A DNA stretch of 64,000 nt from Octopus vulgaris (GCA_951406725.2 OX597815.1:130944001-131008000); one strand, 5' to 3'; counted from the stretch's first letter, positions 1 to 12,528 are shown. Notes: generated by a model not told the origin, from the sequence alone. Numbers and translations are program-made.

Positions 1-160
1 TATGTGCCGCTGGCATGGGAGCCAGCCAGTCAGGCAGCACTGGCATCGACAAATTCGGACCATGCTTTTTATGTGCTACCGGCACAGGAGCCTGTCGGGG
101 TGGGGGTGAAGGTAGGATGTGTGTATGTTTGTGTGGGGGGACTGGCATCGATCCCATTCG
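1..160 (-). mobile_element. 3'-UTR tandem-unit fragment of the (GAT)n-tailed RTE-type LINE/SINE family
   Basis: Units like gtgcc.ctggcatgggagccagtcagg..gcactggcatcgac match the reverse complement of the 60-bp units at 5150-5470. Confidence 0.7.
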
Positions 161-288
161 GATGAGATCTGGTTTTCATGCTTCAATAATATGGTCAGCT
201 TTTTGGAGAAGTGCCATAAGATCTGGTAATTCTTATTGAAGTGGATGAATAAGGTAGAAGAGAACTGAAAGAACCCTGTCATATATCA

Positions 289-528
289 CCACCACCACCA
301 CCACCACTATCATCATCATCATCATCATCATCATTTAACATCTGTTTTCTATGCTGGCATGGGTTGGACAGTTTGTCAGGAGCAGAATAACTGGAGAGCT
401 GTACCAAGCTCCAGTTGTCTCTTTTGGCATGGTTTCTATGGCTGGATGCTCTTCCTAATGCCAACACCACTTTACAGAGTATACTGGGTCCTTTTTATGT
501 GGCACCAGCACAGTTAATTTTTATGCGG
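289..528 (-). mobile_element. 3' end of the (GAT)n-tailed RTE-type element
   Basis: (CAT)n followed by ttaacatctgttttctatgctggcatgggttggacag, the conserved terminus seen in dozens of copies in this window. Confidence 0.8.
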
Positions 529-749
529 TATATATATATATATAACAAAGTGGAGTTGTAGGGTACCGCACGAGTAGAATTTTCACCATTAGCATAATTA
601 TCACAATAATAATCATTAATACCACTATTCAAATAATTAAACAAACAAACAAGCAGTTCACAGTTTTTACTAAAGTTTCAAACCCAAGGAGAATCGCCAA
701 GATACTCAGCATTGTCAATAACTGGTCTGGTATTGCCATCTTATATATA

Positions 750-2037
750 CGAGGGACGTTCAATAAGTAATGCCTCTGACCCACTTGCATTTGTTTGATC
801 TAGCTGAAATTTTGCATGTGCAATCATTTATATCTCTATAGAGTAATTGGCAAATTACAGCTCTGAACTGATTGTGGTTTCTGATTTACAGGTGTTTGAA
901 CCGAGTCAAGTGTGAAATGGAGCCTGTTGAGTGTCGAGCAGTGATCCGGTTTTTGTATTTGAAAGGACGCACACCACGGGAGACTTTTGATGAAATGAAA
1001 GTAACTTATGGTGATGATGCCCCATCATATGACCTTGTAAAACGCTGGCATTGTGAATTCAAACATGGTCGGAACTCTGTGGAAACAGCTCCCAGATCTG
1101 GTCGCCCCTTCTGCCATTGATGAGGCATCTGTCCGTGAAGTTGAGGCTGCCATTTTGGAAGATCAATGCATAATTATTCGCCAAATAGCCCATAAGGTCA
1201 AGATTAGTACCGGGTCTGTGGAAACTATCATTCATGACCATTTGCATATGCAAAAGGTGTCTGCCAGATGGATTCCCAGGTTGCTCACGCCTTTCCAGAA
1301 GCAAGAACGCGTCGAGTGCTCGAGGGTGAATTTGGAGATGTGCCAAGAAGATGAGTCAAAATATTTCAAAAGACTGATTACACAGGATGAAACCTGGGTC
1401 CATCACGATGATCCAGAGACCAAAGCCCAGTCAATGCAGTGGAAGCACCGTGACTCACCCCCTCCAAAGAAGGCAAGGGTGCAGCCCTCCGCTGGCAAGG
1501 TCATGCTCACAGTCTTCTGGGACCAGGACAGAGTAGTGATGACAGATTTCCTGGCAAAGGGTACCACAATTGCAGGAGCCTATTATGCTTCACTTTTGAG
1601 GAAATTAAGAGAAGTTATCAAAATCAAGAGGCGGGGCTAGATCAGCAAAGGCATCCTCCTCCTGCAGGACAACGCTCCGGTCCACAACTCGCTTGTCACC
1701 AGATCAGAAGCACAGGCGTATGGCTATGAACTCCTCCCCATCCTCCTACTTTCCTGACCTTGCACCCTCTGATTTTCACCTCTTCCCAGTCATGAAGTTG
1801 TTTTTGAAAGGAAAGCATTTCCCAGATGATGCAGCCTTGATTTCTGAAGTCACGTTCAGGTTGGAGGACCAAGCTGGGGTCTTCTACAAAAACGGTCTCC
1901 AGAGCTGCATCAAACAATGGGAGAAATGCGTAACTCTGGGTGGTTCCTATGTAGAAAAAGACTAATAACTGTGCCAAGTTTCGTTGCTCTACTGCTATGG
2001 GAAGTGGGTCAGGGGCATTACTTATCGAACGCCCCTC

Positions 2038-2038
<1 letters not shown>
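750..2038 (+). mobile_element. Full-length mariner DNA transposon, 1289 bp, non-autonomous through decay
   Basis: TIRs of ~38 bp (cgagggacgttcaataagtaatgcctctgacccactt and aagtgggtcaggggcattacttatcgaacgcccctcg), TA on both sides (748-749, 2039-2040), internal transposase. Confidence 0.96.
917..1965 (+). pseudogene. Mariner (DD34D-type) transposase pseudogene
   Basis: Split over three ORFs: HTH region (RAVIRFL...PRSGRP), WIPRLL, TQDETW, LLQDNAPVH, YFPDLAPSDFHLF and KCVTLGGSYVEKD*. Frameshifts near 1110 and 1740 and a TAG at 1638-1640. Confidence 0.93.
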
Positions 2039-2078
<40 letters not shown>

Positions 2079-2133
2079 TATGGTTGTATATGCATACATA
2101 TATGTTCCTGTGTATGTGTGTGTGTGTGTGTGT

Positions 2134-3460
2134 GAAGAAGTTCCAGGTATGGAAGCAAGGTCTAGAATCAATGGGCCTTAGAGTTAACCTAGCAAAAACC
2201 AAAGTCTTAGTAAGAAGGAAGGTTGACAAATCACAAATCCCTTCAGCTAGATGGCCCAGCTCAATCTGTAGAAAAGGCGTAGGTAGAAACTCCATAAGGC
2301 ACACCCAGTGTAAGCTTTGTACACATAAAAGGCACAGCAATATCAAAGGAAGGTTAACAAGGAAACTAGCTTTTGTATGTGGAAAATGCACAGTTACAAT
2401 AAACACTGAAAATGTGCAGAAAATAGGCTCCATTAATTGTAAGGGGGACAAGCTAGACTTAGTAGATATCTTTCATTATCTAGATAACCAAGTTAGTAGT
2501 GGAGGGGAATGCTCCGAGAGCATAGCTATGAGAATAAGATGAGGCTGGACAAAGTTCAGAGAGCTCCTACCTCTGCTGGCAACTAAGGGTTTCTCTCTCA
2601 GAGTGAAAGGCAGATTGTATGATACCTGTGTGTAAGCAGCCATGCTACATGGCAGTGAAACATGGGTTGTGACAGCTGAGGACTTGCGTAGACTTGAAAG
2701 AAATGAGGCCAGTATGCTTTGCTGGATGTACAATGTTAGTGTGCATGTCTGACAGGGTATAAGCATTTTGAGAGAAAAGTTAGGTAGAAGCGACATCTGA
2801 TGTGGTATGCAAAAGAGACGACTGCTCTGATATGGTCATGTGATCCATATGGATGAGGACAGCGATGTAAAGAATTGACGATCTCTAACTGTGGAGGGCA
2901 CCTGTGGCAGAGGTAGACCCAGGAAGGCATGACATGAAGTGGTGAAGCATGATCTTCCAACTTTGAACCTCACAGAGGCAATGACTAGTGTCTGGGACCT
3001 TTGATGGTATGCTGTACTTGGGAAGACCCATCAAACCAAATGAAATCGTAGTCATGGCTGACGTTAGTGTCACATATCTGGCATCCATGCCGGTGACATG
3101 TAAAGTGCACCATTCGAGCATTAGATCTCACAGAGGCAAAGTGGCTGAGTTCCTTTCAAGATTCTTTTGAGTGTTGGGCTTCACAGAGGCAATGACCGAG
3201 ACATTTGGTATTGTGTTATGCTTGAGAAGAAGACCCATCAAGCTGAGAAAAATCACAGTCGTGGCAGATGCCGGTGTCATGCAAATGGCACCCGTGCTGG
3301 TGGCACATAAAAGCACCCATTACACTCTTGGAGTGGTTGATGTTAGGATGGGCATCCAGCCATAGAAAACTATGTCTGGTGCAGCCTTCTAGCTTACCAG
3401 CCCTTGTCAAACCGTCTAACCCATGCCAGCATGGACAATGGACGTTAAATGATGATGATC
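2134..3460 (+). mobile_element. 5'-truncated RTE-type LINE (RT C-terminal half with PHD-like insert, 3' UTR, GAT tail)
   Basis: GLRVNLAKTKVLV, a Cys/His cluster, FHYL, LHGSETW, then a GRPRK-type C-terminus and gacgttaaatgatgatgat. Several stops. Confidence 0.88.
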
Positions 3461-3464
3461 ATAT

Positions 3465-3745
3465 ATCATCATCATCACCATCATCATCATTATCATTATC
3501 ATTATCATCATCATCATCATTATCATCATCATCATCATCATTTAACGTCTGCTTTCCCTGCTGGCACAAGTTAGACAATTTGACTGGAATTGGTATGCCA
3601 GAGAGCTGCACAAAGTTCCAGTCTGATTTTGGTTTGGTCTTTACATTTGGATGCCCGTCTTACTCTGGGTGCTTTTTATGTGTCACCAGCACAGGTGTTA
3701 CCAGCAATGGTCATGACTATGATTCCATGGTATTGGCCAGACTAT
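3465..3745 (-). mobile_element. 3' end of the (GAT)n-tailed element, tail-to-tail with the previous copy
   Basis: (CAT)n then tttaacgtctgctttccctgctggcac. Confidence 0.75.
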
Positions 3746-3759
3746 GGGATGTTATATAT

Positions 3760-4015
3760 ATTGCTGGTCACAGTGTGTTTCACATTGTTTTAGCTTCTGA
3801 AAGATATCTCCCTGGTGGCAAGGTGAGCAAGCTAGCATTGCCTCTGGCTGGAAGGTTACACTGTACCAGGCTTACCCATTTTCAGCTGAGTGGACTGGGG
3901 CAATGTGAAATGAAGTGTTTTGCTCAAGAACACACTTCACCTCATAGTCTGGGAATCAAACCCATTGTCTAACAATCGTGAGTGCACCACCCTAATCATT
4001 TGGCCACACACCTTC
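3760..4015 (-). mobile_element. tRNA-derived SINE, family C
   Basis: cagctgagtggactggggcaatgtgaaatgaagtgttttgctcaagaacac plus a B-box-like ggtttgattccc on the minus strand. Homologous to 17850-18170. Confidence 0.7.
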
Positions 4016-4031
4016 ATACACACACACACAC

Positions 4032-4961
4032 ATTACAAATAAGAAAATGGAGAAACACATTAGTTGGTTTATCAGCTTTAGGATATTAGAATGTTACCTT
4101 ATTTAATTATCAAAACTACAACCATAATAACATACATATAAATTCGTTAATACTAAATATTAATTCCTTAATGTAAGTGTCCTTAGTTGGTATTAGTATA
4201 TCCTTTAGCAATGAATCCATCCGTATTATCTCCATTTTTCCAACAGTATTCATTTTGAGGGACTATCATACTATACTTAAATGTACTCACTTTTACCAGC
4301 AATACCCCAAGTATTGCATAGATAGTTTATACATATACAAGTATTAGTAATAGATATTCCTCATTTAATTATTTAACACCAAGTAAGTTAGGGGTTGTAG
4401 ATCCAACCCTCTAAGGGATAATACTTATCCAATATGCTGTTGGTATACTACCCAAATTATTAATACACAAGTGTTTCTAATTGCAATGCAATAAACTTAC
4501 TTATTGTATTAAATGGGTGCAGGTAAAGAAATATTTTACCATTAATTTATATTACAAATAAGAAAATGGAGAAACACATTAGTTGGTTTATCAGCTTTAG
4601 GATATTAGAATGTTGACTTATTTACTTATCAGAACTACAACCCTAATAACATACATATAAATTCGTTAATCCTCAATATTAATTCTTAATGTAAGTGTCC
4701 TTAGTTGGTATTAGTAAGGCAACATTCTAATATCCTAAAGCTGATAAACCAACTGATGTGTTTCTCCATTATCTTATTTGTAATATAAATTGATAGTAAA
4801 ATATTTCTTTACCTGCACCCATTTAATACAATAAGTGAGTTTATTGCATTGCAATTAAAAACACTTGTGTATTAATAATTTGGGTAGTATACCAACAGTA
4901 TATTGGATAAGTATTATCCCTTAGAGGGTTGGATCCACAAACCCTAACTTACTTGGTGTTA
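4032..4961. repeat. Partial tandem repeat (519-bp period) plus 247-bp inverted repeat; Penelope pseudo-LTR-like layout
   Basis: 4032-4198 is repeated at 4551-4716. 4374-4620 is inverted at 4715-4961. Flanked by (CA)n and (TA)n. Confidence 0.8.
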
Positions 4962-4981
4962 TATGTATATATATATATATG

Positions 4982-5630
4982 ACTGAGACCTTTGGAGATA
5001 TGCTGGGCTTGCGAAGATCTGGCAAGCCAACTGAGACCAAAACCGTGGCCTATACCAGTGTAGCATAACTGGCCCATTTAAGAATACCCTTCAATCTTTG
5101 GACAATAAAATGTACTTGCGAGGACCTATTGAATCAAATGAAATCATTGTCATGTCCGATACCAGTATTGCCTGACTTGCTCCTGTGCTGGTGGCATGTA
5201 AAAAGTACCATTCAAGCGTGGTCGTTGCTAGTGCTGCCTGACTGGCTCCCATGCCAGTAGCACATACAAAACCTTTTGAGTGTGGTCATTGCAGTACCGC
5301 CTGACTGGCTTCCATGCCAGTGGCACATAAAAAGTACCATTCAAGCGTGGTTATTGCCAGTGCTGCCTGACTGGCTCCCATGCCAGTGGCACATAAAAAG
5401 CATCATTTGAATGTGGTTGTTGCCAGTGCTGCCTGACGCTCCCATGCCGGTGGTTAGTAAAAAGCACCCACTACACTCTCAGAGTGGTTGGTGTTAGGAA
5501 GGGCATCCAGCTGTAGAAACCTTGCCAGATCAGATTGGAGGCTGGTGCAGCTTCCTGGCTTGCCAGTCCTCAGTCAAACCGTCCAACCCATGCCAGCACA
5601 GAAAGCAGACGTTGAAAAATAATGATGATG
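4982..5630 (+). mobile_element. RTE-type LINE 3' end with about five ~60-bp tandem units
   Basis: Repeated gtgctgcctgactggctcccatgccagtggcacataaaaagcaccattcaagcgtggt, then the conserved terminus and GAT tail. Confidence 0.85.
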
Positions 5631-5644
5631 AAACACACACACAC

Positions 5645-6520
5645 ATCATTATCATCTTCATTTAACATCCGTTTTCCAAGCTGGTATGGGTTGGATGGTT
5701 TAACAGGAGCTGGTCAACTGAGGAGCTACCCAGGCTCCTTATGGTTTCTGTGGTTGGATCCCTTCCTAATGTCAACCACTTTACAGAGTGTACAAGATGC
5801 ATTCACATGGCACCAGCTTCTACGAGCCCAAAAGATTTGGAATGCTCAGCCGGTGAAGAATACAGGGTCCATGCCTGTATGCAAGCAATACAACCATGCT
5901 TTTACTTAACTTGACATGTCTTTTCAAGCACAGCAACCACCAAGAGTCTCAGTCCCCTGTCATCCCCTTTGTGAGTCCCAACATCTGTAGATCCTTTCTC
6001 ACCACTTCATTCTACATCTTCCTAGGTCTACTCCTTTTACATGTTCCCTCCACAATTAGATATCAGCACCTCTTGATGCAAGTGTCTTCATTCATACTCA
6101 TTACATGACCATACTAGCAGAGTCTTCTCTCTTGCACACCACATCTGATACCTCACATACCCAGTTTTTCTCTCAAATCACTTAAACTCATATATGCACA
6201 CTGACATTACCCATCCAGCAGAGAATACTGGCTTTATTTCCTTCAAGCCTTCACATATCCTCAGTAGTCACAGCCCACGTGTCACTGCCATGTAGCATAG
6301 CTGTTTGTACACAAGCATCATACAATCTACCTTTCACTCTGAGAGGGATGCCCTTGATTACGAACAGAGGTAGTAAGTAGCTCTCTGAACTTTGCCCAGC
6401 CTATTCTTATTCTAGCAGCTATACTTTTGAAACAACCTCCACCATGTACTAAATTGGTCACCTACTAAGTAACAGAAACTGTTTACTACTTCTAAGGACC
6501 CCGCTGACATTTAAGGGTGT
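5645..6520 (-). mobile_element. RTE-type LINE 3' fragment
   Basis: Reverse complement of the FCYL..RIGWAKFREL..LHGSDTW..region and the terminus. Confidence 0.8.
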
Positions 6521-7061
6521 CTATTTTTGTACATACCTGATAAATGTAAATATATATGTATATGGTACTGCGAAACACTGAAGTTTTATTTCATTAATTA
6601 TTCTTATCAATATCTAGTGTCCTGTTCCCAGACATCCGCTTCCTACTTGAAACATATATTTCAAAATTATGGATATTAATCTTGAATTCTACTAAGTCAC
6701 TGATATATGCACAGTTATTAGCATGCCTGTAGGATATTAAAGCAGAAGTTGCCTGTAATGGCAACCAGATTGAGCTGAAAACAGTGCCAGACTAGACTGA
6801 TTGGATTATTAATAAGTACTATATGTATTGCTTCTTTGATTTTCCAGCTGTTCTTTATCTATAATTGAAATTTAATCCCAATACAGTTAATAATTTCTTT
6901 TCTCATGCCATTGGTTTAGACAGTTCTGATTTTGCTATTTTATCATTTTATATTAGAGTTTTTTGTGGGCTTCTGTTGTGACTCAATCTTATTTGCAGCG
7001 TCTGGTCAAAAAAACCCCCCAAAAACCTGGAAACAACACACAAAAACCTCAGAATATTTAA

Positions 7062-7805
7062 CAGGTGCAAGCATAGCTGTGTGGTTAAGATGCTTGTTTT
7101 GTAACCATGTGGTTTTGGATTCAATCCGAATGTGTGACATCTTGGGCAAGTGTTTTCTAATATCACCCGGGACTGACCAATGCCTTATGAGAGAATTTAG
7201 TTAATGGAAGCTGTGTGGAAGGCCATTGGAAGCAAAGTGGTTGATTTCCTTACAAGTGTTGGGCCTCACAGAGGCAATGACCAAGAACTTTGGCATTAGG
7301 TTGTGCTTGAAAAGAAGACCCATCAAGCTGAACAAAATCGCAGTTGTGGAAGATACTGGGGTCATGCAAATTGGCATCCATGCCGGTGGCACATAAATGC
7401 ACCCTGGTGTCACACAAATAGCACCCGTACTGGTGGTACATAAAAACACATGTTATACCCTTCAAGTGATTGCCTTTAGGAAGGGCATCCAGCCATAGAA
7501 AACCATGCCAAATCAGGCTGGAGTCTGGTGCAGCCATCCAGTCCACACTGTAAAATGGTTGGCATTTGGTAGGGCATCCAGCTGTGAAAATTATGCTAAA
7601 ACTATCTTTGCCTGCGTTAGTGCCATGTAAAAAGCACTGAGTCCAGTGGTTGATGTTAGGAAGGGCATCCAACCATAAAAACCTTGCCAAAACAGACACA
7701 GTAGCCTAGAGTAGTTTTTGTATCTGGCCAGCTCCTGTCATCCATCCTACCCATCCATGCATAGAAGATGGATGTTAAACAATCATGATGATGGTGATGT
7801 TGATG
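7062..7805 (+). mobile_element. SINE family A head joined to RTE-type 3' fragments
   Basis: tRNA-like head (gtggttaagatgc...ggattcaatcc) followed by a 42-bp unit, RTE 3' UTR and two termini. Confidence 0.65.
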
Positions 7806-7932
7806 ATTTAACATCGGATTTTCCATGATTGTGTGGATCAAATGAAATTTGTTGAGGTAGATTTTCTATGACTGAGTGCCCTTCCAGTTACCAACCCTCA
7901 TCTGTTTACAAGCAAGATAATATTTCTCCATG

Positions 7933-8145
7933 GTTTAAGGCAGTGAGCTGGAAGAATCATTAGCACGCTGCTTAGCAGCATTTCCTCTGTCTTATTGTTC
8001 TGAGTTCAAATTCCACTAAGGTTGGCTCTGCCCTTCAGTCTTTCAGCATTGATTAAATAAGTACCAGCTGTGCACTGGTGTTGATGTAATTGACTTGACT
8101 TCTCCTCACAAAATTTCTGACCTTGTGCCAAAATTTAAAACCAAT
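7933..8145 (+). mobile_element. tRNA-derived SINE, family B, with 14-bp TSD
   Basis: ggcagtgagctgg...ttctgagttcaaattcc...aataagtaccag...ccttgtgccaaaattt. aatatttctccatg occurs at 7919-7932 and 8143-8156. Confidence 0.8.
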
Positions 8146-8461
8146 ATTTCTCCATGATCAATTATGTTTTTCATGAAAGACTGGAAATGAACATCATCAT
8201 CTGTGTGTTGGTGACACTTGTTGACAACCATCATGTGATGTCAAGGCTTAGATGGGGACGAATGGATGGATGGATGACACACACACACACACACACATGC
8301 ATGTACACATACATATGACGGGTTTCTTTTCAGTTTTTCTCTACCAAATCTACTCACAAGGCTCTGGTCAGCTCAGGGCTATGCTAAAACACATTTGCCC
8401 AAGGTGCTGCACAGCAGTAGCGAGCCCCAGACAATGTAGTTGGGAGCTAAGCTTCTCAACC

Positions 8462-8865
8462 ATTATCATCATCATCGTCATCGCTTAACGTCTGCTCTCC
8501 ATGCTGGCATGGGTTGGACGGTTTGACCGAGGGCTGGCAAGCCAGTAGGCTGTACCAGGCTCCAATCTGATCTGGCAAAGTTTCTACAGCTGGATGCCCT
8601 TCCTAATGCCGACCACTCCGAGAGTGTAGTGGGTGCTTTTTATGTGCCACCGGCATGAGGGCCAGTCAGGCAGCACTGGCAACAACCCTGCTCGAATGAT
8701 GCTTTTTATGTGCCATGGGCCCAGGACCAGTCAGCTGGCACTGGCGTTGACCATGCTCAGATAGTGCTTTTTACGTGCCACCAACAGTCAGGTGGCACTG
8801 GCAACGATCACACTTGAATGGTGCTTTTTACATACCACTGGAATGGGAGCAGTCAGGTGGCACAC
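8462..8865 (-). mobile_element. (GAT)n-tailed RTE-type 3' end with 60-bp units
   Basis: Conserved terminus cttaacgtctgctctccatgctggcatgggttggacgg plus tandem units. Confidence 0.8.
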
Positions 8866-9240
8866 AATTATAAATTTTTATGGATGGAAATTTCGAATAT
8901 AGGCAACAACTACAATAGAGACTTCAGAAAATCAATGAAACACTACGTATAATATTTCATGATGACTCAATCAGTAAGTTTAGCACTAACTTCACCTCAA
9001 ATTTGTAGCCATTATTGAATAAATGGTCTTAAATTTCTTACAAACATGCAAATAATTGTACTCAAGACTTAGTGAATCAGCAGGCTGATACTCTTTATAT
9101 AAAAATAAAGTTTCTAAGTTCAAGTCTGGCTCAGGATTTGTGCAACCTGTCACTGGTCGAATGAATTGAAGCATTAGTAAATGGAAACAAAACAACAAAT
9201 GGATAAAATTGATTTTGTTGAAACACATGAAGATCATTAA

Positions 9241-9683
9241 TCTTTTCTACTCTAGTCACAAGGCCTGAAATTTTGGGGGAGGGGACCAGTCAATCAGATC
9301 AACTCCAGTACGCAACTGGTATTTAATTTATTGACCCCAAAAGGATGAAAGGCAAAGTCAACCTTGGTGGTATTTGAACTCAGAACGTAAAGACACGAAA
9401 TACCGCTAAGCATTTTGCCTGGCATGCTAACGTTTCTGCCAGCTTGCCACATGAAAAAATTAAATATTCTCTTCTACTCTAGGCACAAGACCCAAAATTT
9501 TGCGAGAGAAGGCCTGTCGATCATTTCAACCCCAGTATGCAACTGGTATTTAATTTATTGACCCCCAAAAGGATGAAAGGCAAAGTTGACCTAGGTGGTA
9601 TTTGAACTCAGAATGTAAAGACAGACGAAATACTGCTAAGCATTTCGCCTGGTGTGCTAACGTTTCTGCCAGCTTGCTGCCTT
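9241..9683 (-). mobile_element. Two tandem copies of SINE family B
   Basis: 9241-9447 and ~9470-9683 are near-identical. tgaagatcattaat flanks both ends of the pair. Confidence 0.85.
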
Positions 9684-9709
9684 TTGAAGATCATTAATAA
9701 TAAACACGT

Positions 9710-9997
9710 GTTGGTTCTACTTCCCTTCTTTTATTATTATTTGTTGTTTACTTAACCAATTAACTGATCAATTGTTTGATTACTTATTTGGTCAACTAGC
9801 CAATTAACTAGTTGCCTGAGATCTGAAATTGACACGGAAAAGAAAGGGCATGTCACTGAAGTGGTTGCAAGTTGTAACATAAGGACTTTGACTAACCTCA
9901 CTGATTGATTGACAGATCAAATGATTTGTCAAACAATCGATTAGTTAATAGGTTAACTACTTGATTAATCATAATAAAAGAAGTGAAGCAGAACTAA
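9710..9997. mobile_element. MITE-like element with ~70-bp imperfect inverted arms
   Basis: ggttctacttcccttcttttattat...ttaaccaattaactgatcaattgtttga pairs with tcaaacaatcgattagttaataggttaa...ataataaaagaagtgaagcagaact. Confidence 0.65.
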
Positions 9998-10220
9998 AAC
10001 AAACCTCATTCATCACATATCCAGCTATTCTAATTATTTAGCACTTATAATGTTCATAATATTTTGATCATTATTCTGATACTACAACAAACTGCAAACT
10101 TGTACTATACTGTTGTTACTTATTTTCCGTTGAGAATGGCTTATTTGGTACTCTCAAATAATCAGTGAAGAGACTAGCCCTTACTTTTTCGTATTACTAT
10201 AAATATATATATATATATAT

Positions 10221-11245
10221 AGGAGTAGAGGTAGATCCAGGAAGACATGGGATGAGATGGTGAAGCTTGACCTCTGAACGTTGGGCCTCCAGAGGCAATG
10301 ACAAAAGGCTGAGACCTCTGGAGATATGCTGTAACTGCGAAGACCCGGCAAATAAAGTGAGTTCACAGCTGTATCCTACACCAGTTTTGCATAACCAGCC
10401 CCTTGAGGGGCAGCCTGTCATGAATTCCTCTGTTATTACTTGGAAGACTATCGTGAACAAGAAAAGGCTGAGGACTGATCCTTGATGGACCCCTACTTCT
10501 ACCCTGAATTCTTCACTATACTCATTGCTAGCCCTCACCTTACTGTTAGCATCCCTGTACATAGCTTGTACAGCTCTCACCAACCACTCATCTATCCCTA
10601 GTTTCTGCATTGACCACCAGACAAGGAATCAGGGGACCTGTCAAAGACTTTCTCCTTGTCAACAAAAGCCAAGTACAGAGGTTTATCTTTGGCTAGGTAT
10701 TTCTCCTGCAGCTGTCTTACCAGAAATATGGCATCAGTAGAGCTTCTCTCTGGCACAAACCCAAACTGCATCTCATCTAAACTAACTCTCTCCCTAATTA
10801 GTTGGGCTATGACCCTCTCCGTGAGTTTCATTGCCTGATCCAACAAATTGATACCTCTATAATTATTACTATCTAAGGCACTACTTTTACCTTTGTAGCA
10901 GTTGACTGTGGTGTTGCTACACCAGTCGTTGTATCACCTGGTTGACTATACAGGTGACTAGACTATAGCCTACACCGCCAGATATTTTAAGCTTCTCAGC
11001 AGGGATTCCTGATGAGCTGGGGGCTTTTTCTGTCTTCATACCCTTAATTAATTGCTTTATCTATCAACGTACTGTCAATTTGGACAGCTGGTCCATCTGT
11101 TGGGTTGACTTTTAGCAGACTTTCTTTCTCCCATTCATTCTCTTCATTTAGCAACCTTTCATAGTGGCATCTTCAAGTTTCTCATTTTGCAGCATCATTA
11201 AATGCAGGTGAGTCATCCATTCGGATACATTTCTCTCCTATGACA
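10221..11245 (-). mobile_element. RTE-type RT core fragment (minus, ~10408-11245) joined to an inverted 3' fragment (plus, 10221-10406)
   Basis: ORFs give QFGFVPERSSTDAIFLVRQLQEKY..LAFVDKEKVFD and VGVHQGSVLSLFLF. The plus-strand part encodes GRSRKTWDE. Confidence 0.85.
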
Positions 11246-11281
11246 ACACGATTCACAGTTCGCAACTGAAAGGCAGAAATA

Positions 11282-11461
11282 TAGACGTCACTAAAGTAAC
11301 TAATAGTACTATTCAGCACCAGCATTGCTAGAAATAAGAGTCAAAATAATTCATAGCCACAAGAAAGCACTTATCTTATGACTGATAAGGAAAGCAAGCT
11401 CCCTACAGCATCCAGTGATGCTGGTACTAACTAGCACCCTTAGTCACTTTAGTGACGCCTG
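11282..11461. mobile_element. 180-bp Tc1/mariner-type MITE
   Basis: ~50-bp imperfect TIRs (tagacgtcactaaagtaactaa... and ...ttagtcactttagtgacgcctg) with TA on both sides. Confidence 0.75.
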
Positions 11462-11466
11462 TACTT

Positions 11467-11509
<43 letters not shown>

Positions 11510-11510
<1 letters not shown>

Positions 11511-12107
11511 TAGCAGCTAAGCCTGGTTTCACCTGGTTGGTTTGGATGATGTGACTGTAAAACCTACTCTGTGTAAGCATTCGACTTGTTTGGGCATGCT
11601 TACGTTAAAAAACAATTTTAGAATGACTTTTTTCTATCAAAACGCTAAAAGTAACTGACCGACAAAAAAAAAAAGACAACCAAGATTCAACCAAATCAAA
11701 AAATAAACCCAAATACTAAGCAAACATAGATGAACCATCCCACTTCCATTGCGCGCGCACACACACACATACATTCACATACCTCCTTTTGCATACACAC
11801 ACATATATTCAATCAGAGTTGAAATGCTGTTTCATTTATTTTTTTTCAGCATACAATTTTCATCATCCCACTATCAAGTATGACATACCCCTTCCTTCTT
11901 TATTCATCTATCACCTCTTCTTTTCTCATCCATAAACACAAGAGTGTTATTATAGTCAATCATCTTGGTAATCATGAGAGCTATAAAAAATATACAAAAC
12001 CCAGCATCATCACCGGATCATTCTACACATTTGTGTAATTTTTTTATGCAATTCCACCCTGCTGTTTGACTATGAACCCCAAGACAAGGAAAAATCACCC
12101 ATGTCAA

Positions 12108-12120
<13 letters not shown>
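11510..12120 (-). mobile_element. Non-autonomous Helitron-like element
   Basis: The minus strand ends in CTAG (11510-11513), about 8 nt after cctggtttcacctgg, which would be a hairpin before CpG decay (ccgg..ccgg). It starts tatatataaattt and has no TIR. Embedded in (TA)n. Confidence 0.55.
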
Positions 12121-12147
<27 letters not shown>

Positions 12148-12151
<4 letters not shown>

Positions 12152-12490
12152 CTGGCTCCCATGCTGGTGGTATCTAAAAAGTACCATTCGAGCATGGTCA
12201 TTGCCAGTGCCGCCTGACTGGCTCCTGTGCCAGTGGCATGTAAAAAGCACCATTCAAGCATGGCCAGTGTCAGTACAGCTTGACTGGCTTTCATGCTAGT
12301 GTCATGTAAAAAGCACCCATTACACTCTCGGAGTGGTTGGCATTAGGAAGGGCATCAAGCTGTAGAAACTTTCCCAGATCAGGCTAGAGCCTGGTGCAGC
12401 CTTCTGCCTTGCCAACTCTTGGTCAAACCATCCAACCCATGCCAGCATGGAAAGCAGATGTTAAACGACGATGGTGGTGGTGGTGGTGGT
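12148..12490 (+). mobile_element. (GAT)n-tailed RTE-type 3' end
   Basis: 60-bp units, conserved terminus, tail shifting to (GGT)n. Confidence 0.8.

Positions 12491-12528
<38 letters not shown>

Noticed and set aside
1696-2451. 251-aa minus-strand ORF
   Set aside because: Antisense read-through across the mariner end, a microsatellite and a LINE fragment.
4032-4961. Mitochondrial insertion (NUMT)
   Set aside because: AT-rich, but I could not identify any rRNA, tRNA or mitochondrial protein motif. Not fully excluded without a search.
6745-6795. Hammerhead-like ctgtaat-ggc...gct-gaaa
   Set aside because: The core is too degenerate and there is no supporting stem I or repeat structure.
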